DNA of 64,000 nt from Chloroflexota bacterium (GTDB taxonomy: Bacteria; Chloroflexota; UBA11872; VXOZ01): positions 2,273,422 to 2,337,421 of the forward strand of contig OZ244798.1 in assembly GCA_965220015.1 (NCBI GenBank), read 5' to 3'. The position numbers and the translations under genes were made by a program. The notes under the pieces were generated by a model. The model was not told the origin of the DNA. It made no database searches and saw nothing but the letters and a program-made list of their open reading frames with translations. This document shows positions 9,812-19,110 of this stretch, piece by piece (the first letter of the stretch is position 1; every line of letters starts with the position of its first letter).

Positions 9812-10009
9812 CGTTCACCTCGGCTTTTCAATCCTGCTTGTTTCAGGATACTGCTCCATGTCCCAGCCGCCAAGTCATCACTCAACCGTCCCGCGACTGT
9901 TACCAGCCCCTTCTTCTCAAGATGCCTGTATTGTCGGTGGCTTCCGCGGGTCCGCACCAATTCCCACCCATCTCTCTATCGCTCTGATAGCATCGCGAAC
10001 TTTAGGCAA
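9808..10009 (-). pseudogene. hicA: HicA-family toxin gene interrupted by a frameshift (not in the ORF track)
   Basis: Hand translation of the minus strand. A TTG start at 10009 gives MPKVRDAIRAIE(R), then the frame is lost at about 9971-9976 within a gagaga run. The next frame continues (R)DGWELVRTRGSHRQYRHLEKKGLVTVAGRLSDDLAAGTWSSILKQAGLKSRGER* and ends at 9808. Total length is 202 nt, not a multiple of 3. Confidence 0.6.
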
Positions 10010-10051
10010 GCTTGCTCTCCAAGACCACTCCGCTTGACTGCGGTAAGGGTA

Positions 10052-10552
10052 TCAGACTCCTAAGATCGCTTCGTATGTTTTGCGGCTGTTCTTGCCAACC
10101 GCGCGCAATCGCCGCTGTCTTACCAGAGAGTCAATGGCTGCTTTCACCGCGGGTTCGCCGTGGCGGCGGAACTTGCCGGTGATCTTGCTTAGGGTGCGCG
10201 GGCGCACGCAGTAGGTCAACATCTCTCCTGCGAGCAAGTCGAAGGCAACAGGGAGGGGTGCGATCGGCCGCACCACCGTGTGGCCGAGATTGGCGTCCAC
10301 GCGCTCGCCGGGGATGAATTCCAGGCGTCCCTGCAGTGCTTGCTCAGCCAGGAAGATCCGCAGCCGCTTGCGCAACACGCCGCCGGCCCCGCTCGAGCCG
10401 TAACCGTGGATGACGTCAATAGCAGCGGCCGGACCGACGCCGGCGCCTCTAAGCCAATCATTGTAGAATTCGATAAAGTTTTGCCGGGCTTCATGCCAGG
10501 TCTGCTCGTGGAGGTCTAACTCATGGGCAGACCCAGTCTCATGGGTAATCAT
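10052..10552 (-). CDS. Smr (small MutS-related) domain protein with extra C-terminal domain
   Basis: ELDLHEQTWHEARQNF...AIDVIHGYGSSGAGGVLRKRLRIFL...NLGHTVV matches the LDLHG...IIHGKG...GG-G-T-V Smr pattern. The gene starts 66 nt downstream of 5S rRNA on the same strand. Confidence 0.65.
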   Translation of the reverse strand: MITHETGSAHELDLHEQTWHEARQNFIEFYNDWLRGAGVGPAAAIDVIHGYGSSGAGGVLRKRLRIFLAEQALQGRLEFIPGERVDANLGHTVVRPIAPLPVAFDLLAGEMLTYCVRPRTLSKITGKFRRHGEPAVKAAIDSLVRQRRLRAVGKNSRKTYEAILGV

Positions 10553-10618
10553 TGGAGATCACGTACTCATCTAGAGGTGGAGGGTAGGCCCGCGCCCTCT
10601 ATCCGGGAATACAAAAAT

Positions 10619-10737
10619 CCTTGGGCAACGGCCTATTTTCCCACACAGTCGCCCGTGCAGTATCGTCGGTGCTGAGGGGCTTAACTACCGTGTTCGGGAT
10701 GGGAACGGGTGTACCCCCCTCGCCTTGTCACCCAAGG
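10619..10737 (-). rRNA. rrf: 5S ribosomal RNA
   Basis: The reverse complement reads CCTTGGGTGACAAGGCGAGGGGGGTACACCCGTTCCCATCCCGAACACGGTAGTTAAGCCCCTCAGCACCGACGATACTGCACGGGCGACTGTGTGGGAAAATAGGCCGTTGCCCAAGG. It has the conserved CCGAACACGG/GTTAAG core and pairing termini. Confidence 0.9.
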
Positions 10738-10937
10738 AATTCTGACAGATTTATGCGTGCGCCGCTCGCGCTGCCGCCGACCGGTAGTGGCCGGGGGCAT
10801 GAAACACTGAGACGACGCCTTATGTCAACGTGCCGCGGTGAACTATGCGCAGTCTATTGTTGGGCGCAAGCGGCACACCGAAAACGGCTGCCGCAGGCGA
10901 TCTCAAGCACTCGTGCATCGAGGCTTGCCCGACATTC

Positions 10938-10966
10938 GCAGAACTGCAATTTTGCCAATTAGAAGC
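10938..10966 (-). promoter_or_regulatory. 3' strand of the 23S rRNA flanking (processing) stem
   Basis: gcagaactgcaattttgccaattagaagc is complementary to 14737-14765 (gcttctaatcggcaaaattgaagttctgc) at 27 of 29 positions, plus one G-U. The pair brackets the mature 23S termini, as RNase III processing stems do. Confidence 0.7.
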
Positions 10967-11107
10967 GCGGTTAAGTCCTCGACCATTAGTACCGCTCGGC
11001 TGAACGCGTTACCGCGCTTACACCTGCGGCCTATCAACCAGATAATCTCTCTGGGGTCTTACCTCTCGCCGCAATGCAGCGAGAGTGGGGAACCTAATCT
11101 TGAGGCT

Positions 11108-11140
<33 letters not shown>

Positions 11141-11198
11141 ATTCCGCACGTAGCTACCCAGCAATGCCTCTGGCGAGACAACTGGTACACCAGCGGTG

Positions 11199-11230
<32 letters not shown>

Positions 11231-11258
11231 CTCCTCGCAAGTTCCCTGCGCCTGCGGA

Positions 11259-11305
<47 letters not shown>

Positions 11306-11308
11306 GCG

Positions 11309-11343
<35 letters not shown>

Positions 11344-11419
11344 GCTCCAGCCCCAGGATGCGCTGAGCCGACATCGAGGTGCCAAGCCTCCCCGTCGCTA
11401 TGAACGCTTGGGGGAGATA

Positions 11420-11450
<31 letters not shown>

Positions 11451-11612
11451 ATAATCCACGGCCCTTCCACTCGGAACCGTAGGGTCACTAAGCCCGACTT
11501 TCGTCCCTGCTCGACGTGTATGTCTCGCAGTCAAGCTCCCTTGTGCCTTTACACGCTTAGGCTGATTTCCATCCAGCCTGAGGGAACCTTTGGGCGCCTC
11601 CGTTATCTTTTG

Positions 11613-11648
<36 letters not shown>

Positions 11649-11906
11649 ATGTCCCCCTCCCGGATTACGGCAAGGGGTTAGAATAAGGATCGTAGAAGGG
11701 TGGTATTTCACCATTGCCTCCCCATCCCCCAAAAGGAATGGTTCACAGGCTCCCACCTATCCTACGCATCGACGGCCCCGATCCAATGCCAAGGTGCAGT
11801 AAAGCTCCACGGGGTCTTTTTGTCCTTCCGCAGGTAACCAGCATCTTCACTGGTACTTCAATTTCGCCGGGTCCCCTGCTGAGACAGTGCCCAACTCGTT
11901 ACGCCA

Positions 11907-11945
<39 letters not shown>

Positions 11946-12623
11946 CGGTTCAACGCGGCGTCTCCGCCGCGCGTCATCCCACTCTGTTTCCAGAGGGGCC
12001 GGACTTTCTCTTCACTCGTCCTATGTTCCTTTGCTCGGCGATGGCGCGGATCTCTGCAATACCCTCCGTTGTGAGGTGTGACCCTCGCTCCATGAGCAGC
12101 AATATACGTCGAAACTTGATGAAGTCCACACGCTTCTTGGAGCGCAGTTCGTGCTTCTCAAAGAACGGTAAGATCCGCTCCCTGAGGTGCTCTACACTGC
12201 GCACCCGATAGCACATGCGGTCCCCATGGTCCTGCCGTACAACTCCGCACCCGAAGAATTGCTTCAGTGCGTAGAGTAGTTGCACGTCACGTTCATGCTG
12301 CACCACAGTGAATTCAGGCAATACCTGAAATCCAGAGGTCATCTCTTGATGCGGATTGATATCGACGAAGAAGTAACCTTCTCCATCCACAAATCCGCAG
12401 ATCCATTGCGCCGTCAACCGTTGGGACGAGGCCGGACGTAAAGTCTCTGAGGGTTCTCTCGTGTCTGTCATGTGAGAGTCTTCCCTGCGGATTGTCCCCA
12501 TGTCCATCCGGCTTTTTACTGCCTACACCCAGTGCAAGACTGCACAGTGTGCAAACGAGTACCTGATGGCTGTGCGAGGAGTTTCCCGCATATGGTCCAG
12601 TTTTACTAAGGCTCGCGAATTGA
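11946..12623 (-). mobile_element. Group I intron in 23S rRNA (insertion after the U equivalent to about E. coli U1931, base of helix 69/71 region)
   Basis: The exon sequence ...AACTATAACCGTCCTAAGGT | AGCGAAATTCCTTGTCGGG... is contiguous in uninterrupted 23S genes but is separated here by 678 nt. The 5' exon ends in U. The intron contains GCCTTAG about 12 nt in, which can pair with exon CTAAGGT (P1 with a U-G wobble). The intron ends in G. Confidence 0.75.
11974..12507 (-). CDS. LAGLIDADG homing endonuclease (single-motif type), intron-encoded
   Basis: 177 aa with ICGFVDGEGYFFV (LAGLIDADG motif). It lies entirely inside the intron. The ORF runs to 28 nt from the 3' splice site, so its 3' part must overlap intron core helices. 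Confidence 0.85.
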   Translation of the reverse strand: MDMGTIRREDSHMTDTREPSETLRPASSQRLTAQWICGFVDGEGYFFVDINPHQEMTSGFQVLPEFTVVQHERDVQLLYALKQFFGCGVVRQDHGDRMCYRVRSVEHLRERILPFFEKHELRSKKRVDFIKFRRILLLMERGSHLTTEGIAEIRAIAEQRNIGRVKRKSGPSGNRVG

Positions 12624-14171
12624 ACCTTAGGACGGTTATAGTTACCGCCGCCGTTCACCGGGGCTTCCCGTCAGGGCGTGAACCCCTCTAGTTAACCTTC
12701 CGGCACCGGGCAGGCGTCAGCCCCCATACATCAGCTTTCGCTTTCGCGGAGACCTGTGTTTTTGTTAAACAGTCGGTTGGGCCTCTTCAGTGCCACCGCG
12801 ACTCGCTTCCCAGCGCAAGGCTGGTGCACGCGTCGCGGTACCCCTTCTCCCGAAGTTACGGGGTTAATTTGCCGAGTTCCTTAGCAGAGGGTCTCCCGCT
12901 CACCTTGGGACTTTTACCCCCGCCCACCAGTGTCGGTTTGCGGTACGGGCGCCCATATTCTGGCTAGAGGCTTTTCTTGCAGGCTGGGCTCAAAAGAATT
13001 GCCGTTGACTTGCGTCGCGGACTCTCCATCGCTTCTCGGCGTTTGGAATGGAGCAACGGATTTACCTATCGCTCCCGCCTACCAGCTTGGACGTGTATAG
13101 CCAAGAACACGCTCTTCCTACCCTGCCCGGTCCCCCCTTCGCTCATAACGAACCTGGGCGGTTCCGGAATATCAACCGGATGTCCATCGCCTACGCCATA
13201 TTGGCCTCGGCTTAGGCCCGACTAACCCTCAGTGGACGAACCTTCCTGAGGAAACCTTGGGCTTACGGTGAGCCGGATTCTCACCGGCTAACGCTACTCA
13301 TGCCGACATTCGCACTTCCCTGCGCTCCACCCGTCCTCACGGTCGAGCTTCACTGCACAGGGAACGCTCCCCTACCCAGCGGCCGCTCCACATGGGAGCG
13401 CCACTGCCCTAGCTTCGGTACCAGACTTGAGCCCCGTTAAATTTTCGGCGCCAGACGGCTTGACCAGTGAGCTGTTACGCACTCTTTAAAGGATGGCTGC
13501 TTCCAAGCCAACCTCCTGGCTGTCCGGGCTATCCGACATCCTTTCCCACTTAGTCTGAATTTAGGGACCTTAGCTGAGGGTCTGGGTTGTTTCCCTCTTG
13601 ACGATGAAGATTATCCCCCACCGTCCCACTCCCAGGTAACATGTATACGGCATTCGGAGTTTGGTTGGGTTTGGTAACCGTTTTGGCCCCTAGCCCATCC
13701 AGTGCTCTACCTCCGCAACACTCTAACCTGAGGCTGCACCGCAATGCATTTCGGGGAGAACCAGCTATATCTGAGTTCGATTGGCATTTCACCTCTAACC
13801 ACAGCTCATCCCCCAGTTTTGTAACACTGGTGGGTTCGGGCTTCCACGAGATATTACTCTCTCTTCACCCTGGCCATGGCTAGCTCACTCAGTTTCGGGT
13901 CTACTCCACGCGACTAAATCGCCCTGTTAGGACTCGCTTTCGCTACGGCTCCGGCCCTCCGACCTTAGCCTTGCCACGCATAGTAACTCGTCGGCTCATT
14001 CTCCAAAAGGCACGCCATCAGGCATTCCGTCTTATAATGCGGGCTTAGCGTTCCCGCGCGCCGCACCTTCCGAAGAAAGTACATTGCGCGGGCACGCCGT
14101 CCCAGCAAGACGGCATAGCCCTCTGACTGCTTGTAAGCGTACGATTTCAGGTTCTATTTCACTCCCCTCCC

Positions 14172-14202
<31 letters not shown>

Positions 14203-14736
14203 CGTTCACTATCGGTCGCCAAAGGTGTTTAGCCTTGGGAAGTGGGCTCCCCAGTTTCCCACAGGGTTACACGTGTCCCGTGGTACTCAGGCACAACAAC
14301 GAGAGAGCTCTGGTTTTCGTGTACGGGGCTGTCACCCTCTCTGGCGGGCCATTCCAGGACCTTCTACTAACCACAGCTTTTCTCCAACTCTCTAAGCCCC
14401 TTGCAGAGGACTCTATTGCGGCCTACAACCCTCACACTGCAACGGCTGCAACCTATCACACAGCGTGAGTTTGGGCTGTTCCCCTTTCGCTCGCCACTAC
14501 TCAGGGAATAATCTCTTCTCCTCGCCTTACTAAGATGATTCAGTTCAGGCGGTTCCCTCCACATGCCTATGAATTCAGCATGCGGTGACGAGGCATCACC
14601 CTCGCCGGGTTTCCCCATTCGGGTACCTGCGGATCAAAATCTGCTGACGACTCCCCGCAGCTTTTCGCAGTCAACCGCGCCCTTCTTCGGCCTTTGGCAC
14701 CAAGGCATCCGTCGTACGCCCTTAGTAACTTAGCCT

Positions 14737-14765
14737 GCTTCTAATCGGCAAAATTGAAGTTCTGC
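14737..14765 (-). promoter_or_regulatory. 5' strand of the 23S rRNA flanking (processing) stem
   Basis: Complement of 10938-10966 (see that feature). Lies immediately upstream of the mature 23S 5' end. Confidence 0.7.
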
Positions 14766-14817
14766 TTGCGCATATTCACCTGTTAATGTACCGCCCCATC
14801 TCTAGGGCGCATCCACT

Positions 14818-14847
14818 AATGTACCAAACATCGCCTCACGATGTCAA
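14818..14847 (-). promoter_or_regulatory. Putative sigma70-type promoter of the 23S-5S operon
   Basis: The minus strand reads TTGACA (14847-14842), an 18-nt spacer, then TACATT (14823-14818). This is about 50-80 nt upstream of the processing stem. A second GGTACATTA copy lies about 33 nt downstream. Confidence 0.4.
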
Positions 14848-14959
14848 GAGAGGGCGTTTCGAATATCCGGGTCTTCCTTGGATAGAGAGTCGAGGAGGAT
14901 TCCGGTCGCGTCGAATTCAAAGCCGCAGCAAGTGTGAATTGGCTCACTGCGACCTCGTC

Positions 14960-16861
14960 CTACTCACTGGGCGGTGTTGCCTGGCCGAAATTTATTAGGC
15001 TCCAGCAAATTGCGGCGCCGTCTGTGCGGAGACCGCAGGTATGGCCGGAGCCGATGCTGAGAGTAGTGAAGCGTTCGCCTGCCGGCGGCAGTCCAACTGC
15101 AATGCCCCAGCAGATAGGCGTGCCGTCCGGGCGGAGGGCGCACGAATGGCCTGTGCCGCTGTAAATGGCGGTAAAGCGTTCCCCTGCCGGCGGCGTGACA
15201 TCGCCAAACTCCAAGTTGCCCCAGCAGGCGGGGGCGCCATCTTGACGTAGCGCGCAGGTATGCGTGAAGCCCGCACTCAGAGTTGTGAATTGCTCGCTTG
15301 CCGGTGGTGGCGTTCCCTCCACCAAGCCCCAGCACAGCGGCCTGCCATCTTCACGGAGCGCGCAAACGTGGAACGCACCATTGGCAATGGCCGTAAAGCG
15401 CTGACCTGCCGGCGGCGGGCCCAAGTCATCGGCATCGCTGCCCCAGCACAATGGCGTCCCGTCCGAAAGCAGTCCGCAAGTGTGAAACTGTCCGCTGCTG
15501 ATGGCAGAAAATCGCTCGCCCTGCGGCGGCGGCACTCCGTCTTGGTTGCCCCAGCAGGAGAGCGTCCCATCCGCCCGCAGCCCGCAGGCCTGCAGCCAGT
15601 TAGTCGCGATCGCTGTGAAGCGCTCGTCCTCCGGCGGCGATGCCCGGCCGAACTCGTCACTACCCCAGCAGACAGGAGATCCGTTCTCACGCAGCGCGCA
15701 CGTGTATCCGGCATTACTGCTTATGGTGGAGAAGCGTTCATCTGCCGGCGGCGATTCATCCAGGCCCCAGCAAACAGGAATGCCATCGGTGCTGAGCGCG
15801 CACGTGTGCCTGATGCCACTACTAATGGCGGTGAAGGTCTCGCCCGGTGGCGGCGATGCCACGCCACCGGCGTCCTCCCCCCAACAGACGGCGGTCCCGT
15901 CCGTGCGGATTGCGCACGTGTGCGTGGCGCCGCTGCTGATTGCGCTAAACGTCTCGCCCTGTGGCGGCGATGCCTTGCCTTCGGATTGGCCGCCCCAGCA
16001 CACGGCTTTCCCGTCTGTGCGCAGCCCGCACGCGTGCGTAATGCCGGAACTAATGGAAGTGAAACGTTCGCCCTCCGGCGGAGTCGTCTGGTCGAACAGA
16101 TCAAAGCCCCAGCACACGGCTTTCCCGTCCATACGGAGCGCGCAGGTAAGGAAACTGCCGCTGCTGATTGCGCTGAATCGCTCGCCTTCCGGGGGCGACG
16201 CTTGACCGGCATAGTCAACGCCCCAGCACACGGCTGAGCCGTTCTTACGCAGCGCACAGGTATGGTCATTGCCACTGCTGATTGAGACGAACATCTCGCC
16301 CGCCGGCGGTGAGGACTGGCCCAATTGGTTATCACCCCAGCATACGGCCGTCCCATCCGCGCGGAGCGCGCAGGTGTGGGAATTGCCACTGCTGATGGCG
16401 ATGAAGGTTTCGCCAACCAGTGGCGTGGATTGGCCGTACTCGTCGTGACCCCAGCAGACAGGCGTGCCGTCGGCCCGCAGCGCACATGTGTGCAGATTGC
16501 CGCTGCTGATGGCAATGAAGCCTTGAAGTGCCGTCTTTGCGGGTTCAGCCGAGGGCGTTCGCGTACTTGTCGGCAGCGGCGCCGCGGTCGCTGTGGGAGC
16601 CGGTGTCGCTGTTGCTGCCTGCTCGGCACGAGGTGTGGGCGCATCGGTTGCTAGCGGCGGGCCGGTCGAAACTTGCCGCTCGGCGGCGCATGCCGTCAGC
16701 AAAGCCACAGCTAAAAAACAAAACAACCCTAACCACGTAGTCCGGCGTGCAGAATTTAGCGGGGCAAGCGCGGCGCTGCTTGCGATTCGCACTGCAAACA
16801 CCTTGTACTTTCGTACCGAGACATTTCTACCTCCAATCGCAATATTAACACACTCTTGCAC
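14960..16861 (-). CDS. Secreted RCC1-like repeat (beta-propeller) protein, about 14 short repeats
   Basis: 14 repeats of about 37-38 aa: F(T/S)AISSG..HTCALR.DG..VCWG.....Q..PP.GE. N-terminal hydrophobic signal with LLTACAA lipobox-like site and a Pro/Ala/Thr linker. Confidence 0.8.
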   Translation of the reverse strand: MQECVNIAIGGRNVSVRKYKVFAVRIASSAALAPLNSARRTTWLGLFCFLAVALLTACAAERQVSTGPPLATDAPTPRAEQAATATPAPTATAAPLPTSTRTPSAEPAKTALQGFIAISSGNLHTCALRADGTPVCWGHDEYGQSTPLVGETFIAISSGNSHTCALRADGTAVCWGDNQLGQSSPPAGEMFVSISSGNDHTCALRKNGSAVCWGVDYAGQASPPEGERFSAISSGSFLTCALRMDGKAVCWGFDLFDQTTPPEGERFTSISSGITHACGLRTDGKAVCWGGQSEGKASPPQGETFSAISSGATHTCAIRTDGTAVCWGEDAGGVASPPPGETFTAISSGIRHTCALSTDGIPVCWGLDESPPADERFSTISSNAGYTCALRENGSPVCWGSDEFGRASPPEDERFTAIATNWLQACGLRADGTLSCWGNQDGVPPPQGERFSAISSGQFHTCGLLSDGTPLCWGSDADDLGPPPAGQRFTAIANGAFHVCALREDGRPLCWGLVEGTPPPASEQFTTLSAGFTHTCALRQDGAPACWGNLEFGDVTPPAGERFTAIYSGTGHSCALRPDGTPICWGIAVGLPPAGERFTTLSIGSGHTCGLRTDGAAICWSLINFGQATPPSE

Positions 16862-17007
16862 ACACTAAACTCGCTTGTCCTGCTGCTGCCACGCGAATTG
16901 CAGTAGAGAATCCAGTCACCCCCTGGACGCCGGATTCAGCCGATGTCCAAGGGGTGATTCTGAACGCTTAGCCTATGTGCAAGCGCCTCTGGAATACAAA
17001 GGGCGGC

Positions 17008-18741
17008 CTAGCGGCTGTAGCCTGAAGACGGCCGCTCCTTCTGGGCAGTCTGCGTCAGGTAGTCCAGCAGGAAGCTGAAGTCTTTGTAGGACGCCAGATC
17101 GCCCAACTGCCGGTCAAGCGACCACAGCTCATCCAGCAAGAGCGCCAGGTCGCGGTCCACCGGAGACTCGGCAAAATCGAGATTGCTGTAGCGGTCCGCA
17201 GCCAACGCCACGATGCCGCCGAATCGCAAGAACGCCGCATCGCGGGCGTTATCCAGCGCATCGCTCTTGCTCAGCAGCGTCGCGTGCTGGCGGTTAGACT
17301 CGCCCGTCGCCGGCGTTACCCAGCGGATCTCTACCTCACCCAGCCGGGCCGTGTCTCGCCGTCCCGCATCGGTGAGCTGCAGCTCGAAGAAGACCGTGGT
17401 GGCGGCGCCGGCCGGAATCTCAGCGAATTCCTTGCGCGCCTCGGTGAAGGACGCATCTGACGTGGCGCGGTTCTCGTAGCCCACAATGCGCCACACCGAC
17501 ACCATGTCCGGGTCCCACGTCACCTGGGCGCGGGTCTGGTCCGCAAAGGGTATGGACAGCGCTAGCCAGTTCTCGCGGCTGAAGGTTGCCCGGGCCTGTT
17601 CAACCGTGCTGAGATAGCGGTACCAACCGTTGCCGTGCTGCGCCAATTGCTCCAGCAGGTAGTCGTTATAGTTCTCTATGCCGACGCCGATGGTGATCAA
17701 GCGCAGCGGATTGGTGTCGTCGCGGTCATCCGCCGACTCTAAGATGGAAAACGGGTCGGTGGCGTCCACGTTTGCGACACCGTCCGACATGAGGATGATG
17801 TAGTTGTATGAGTTGGGACGCTCGCGGCGGATGCGGTCGGCAAGCCGTACGCCCAGATCCAGACCGGCTTGCACATTTGTCGACCCGTGCGGCGCCAGCA
17901 GATCGATGGACCGCCTGACGGCGCGGTCATCCGGGTCGCGGTGATCCACCGTCAAGTTGTCGAGCACGCGGGTGGTAAAGTGGACCACGGCAATGCGGTC
18001 TTGGCCGCGCAGGCTGCGCCGGATACTCTCAGCCGCCTCGCGGGCAATGTCTACGCGATTGCCCTCACGCATCGAACCGGAAGCGTCGAGCACGAGCGTT
18101 ACATTGAGCGGCGTATCGTCGTACGCCAAGTCGGCGGCCTGGAAGGCGACGCGCGCGAGATGCAGGCCGCTATCCAGGGGATGGAGAATTACGTCGGTGG
18201 CGATGGCAAAACTATCGTCACGCAGCGGCAACGTGTAGTCATAATTGAACGCGTTGATCCACTCTTCGGCGCGCACCGAATCCGGCTCCACCCTGTAGGC
18301 CGAGCGCGCCCAGTTCAATGCCAGGTGGAACGACGTGCGGTCGGTATCCAGGCTGAAGGTTGCGATTGCGTCGCGGACTGTATTGACAAATGTTGCTCGC
18401 GGGTAGTCCTTGAATGTGGTCGCGCCTGCGGTCTGCTGCGGCGGTCGCACTGCAGGTGGACGCGAAGTCGAGGGAGCCGGTTGGCTTCGTGATGCCGGGG
18501 CTTCGGCCTTGGCCTCAGGGACAGGAGCAGGCGTTGGTCGCATAGCCATTACGGTAGGTCTTGGCCGGGCGGGTTGCGCCGCCTTGGCTTCCTCTTCGGA
18601 CCTTTCCATCATCATGGCTTCAGACTTAGGAGCACGCTCCTCAGCCGCGTCACCTGCAGGAGCCATCGCCGCTTGACCGCAGCTCGCAATCAACAGCACA
18701 CCCACTAGTAGCAGTGAAATCGTCCTGAAATACCTCTTCAT
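17008..18741 (-). CDS. vWA-domain lipoprotein, YfbK-like (N-terminal vWF-associated domain, vWA, DUF3520-like C-terminus), paralog 1
   Basis: MKRYFRTISLLLVGVLLIASCG signal/lipobox (ATG at 18741; the ORF is open from 18813). FSLDTDRTSFHLALNWAR...EEWINAFNYDY. MIDAS-type LVLDASGSM. The C-terminal block is shared with the paralog at 19111-20733. Confidence 0.8.
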   Translation of the reverse strand: MKRYFRTISLLLVGVLLIASCGQAAMAPAGDAAEERAPKSEAMMMERSEEEAKAAQPARPRPTVMAMRPTPAPVPEAKAEAPASRSQPAPSTSRPPAVRPPQQTAGATTFKDYPRATFVNTVRDAIATFSLDTDRTSFHLALNWARSAYRVEPDSVRAEEWINAFNYDYTLPLRDDSFAIATDVILHPLDSGLHLARVAFQAADLAYDDTPLNVTLVLDASGSMREGNRVDIAREAAESIRRSLRGQDRIAVVHFTTRVLDNLTVDHRDPDDRAVRRSIDLLAPHGSTNVQAGLDLGVRLADRIRRERPNSYNYIILMSDGVANVDATDPFSILESADDRDDTNPLRLITIGVGIENYNDYLLEQLAQHGNGWYRYLSTVEQARATFSRENWLALSIPFADQTRAQVTWDPDMVSVWRIVGYENRATSDASFTEARKEFAEIPAGAATTVFFELQLTDAGRRDTARLGEVEIRWVTPATGESNRQHATLLSKSDALDNARDAAFLRFGGIVALAADRYSNLDFAESPVDRDLALLLDELWSLDRQLGDLASYKDFSFLLDYLTQTAQKERPSSGYSR

Positions 18742-19110
18742 CGCACTATCCTCCGTGTTGAACGCCCAATCGGTAGAGCCCGGCGAACGCTCTGCCAGGC
18801 AATGAAAATTCATTTCGGAAATTGGGCCAACTACTTCTCAACTGAGTCGATTACAATTCTGTCTCGCTCCTCCTTTGTGAACTTGCTAACGCGATTCGAT
18901 GGTTTCTCTACGGACCAATGGCCAATTCGATTAATTCCAGCACTGTCACCACCAACATGCCAATTCGCTGCCTAAGAGATGCTTGCGACAAGAACCCCTG
19001 CTGGAGCAGCGTTGCCCTGTCCATCCCCCGGACACCGCTTGCTCTTGGCATCCAGGGGTGACAGCAGGCTCTCAAAGTAGGCGCACACTCCCAGGTCACG
19101 CCAGCGCTTG

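Noticed and set aside
10560-10618. Possible terminator hairpin between 5S rRNA and the Smr gene.
   Set aside because: Only a 5-bp stem (gaggg/ccctc) with a large GC-rich loop and no U-run. This is too weak to call.
14020-14110. Extra ~80-nt segment in the 5' third of 23S that might be a second intron or intervening sequence.
   Set aside because: It is short, GC-rich and self-complementary (gcgcgggcacgcc... / ...cccgcgcgccgc), and looks like a helix expansion segment. It has no ORF and I could see no splice-site signature. I cannot exclude an RNase III-excised IVS.
15260-16644. Several 230-325-aa ORFs in other frames and on the other strand across the RCC1-repeat gene.
   Set aside because: The periodic DNA repeat keeps alternative frames open. 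Only the 14960-16861 minus frame gives the coherent RCC1-like repeat and a signal peptide.
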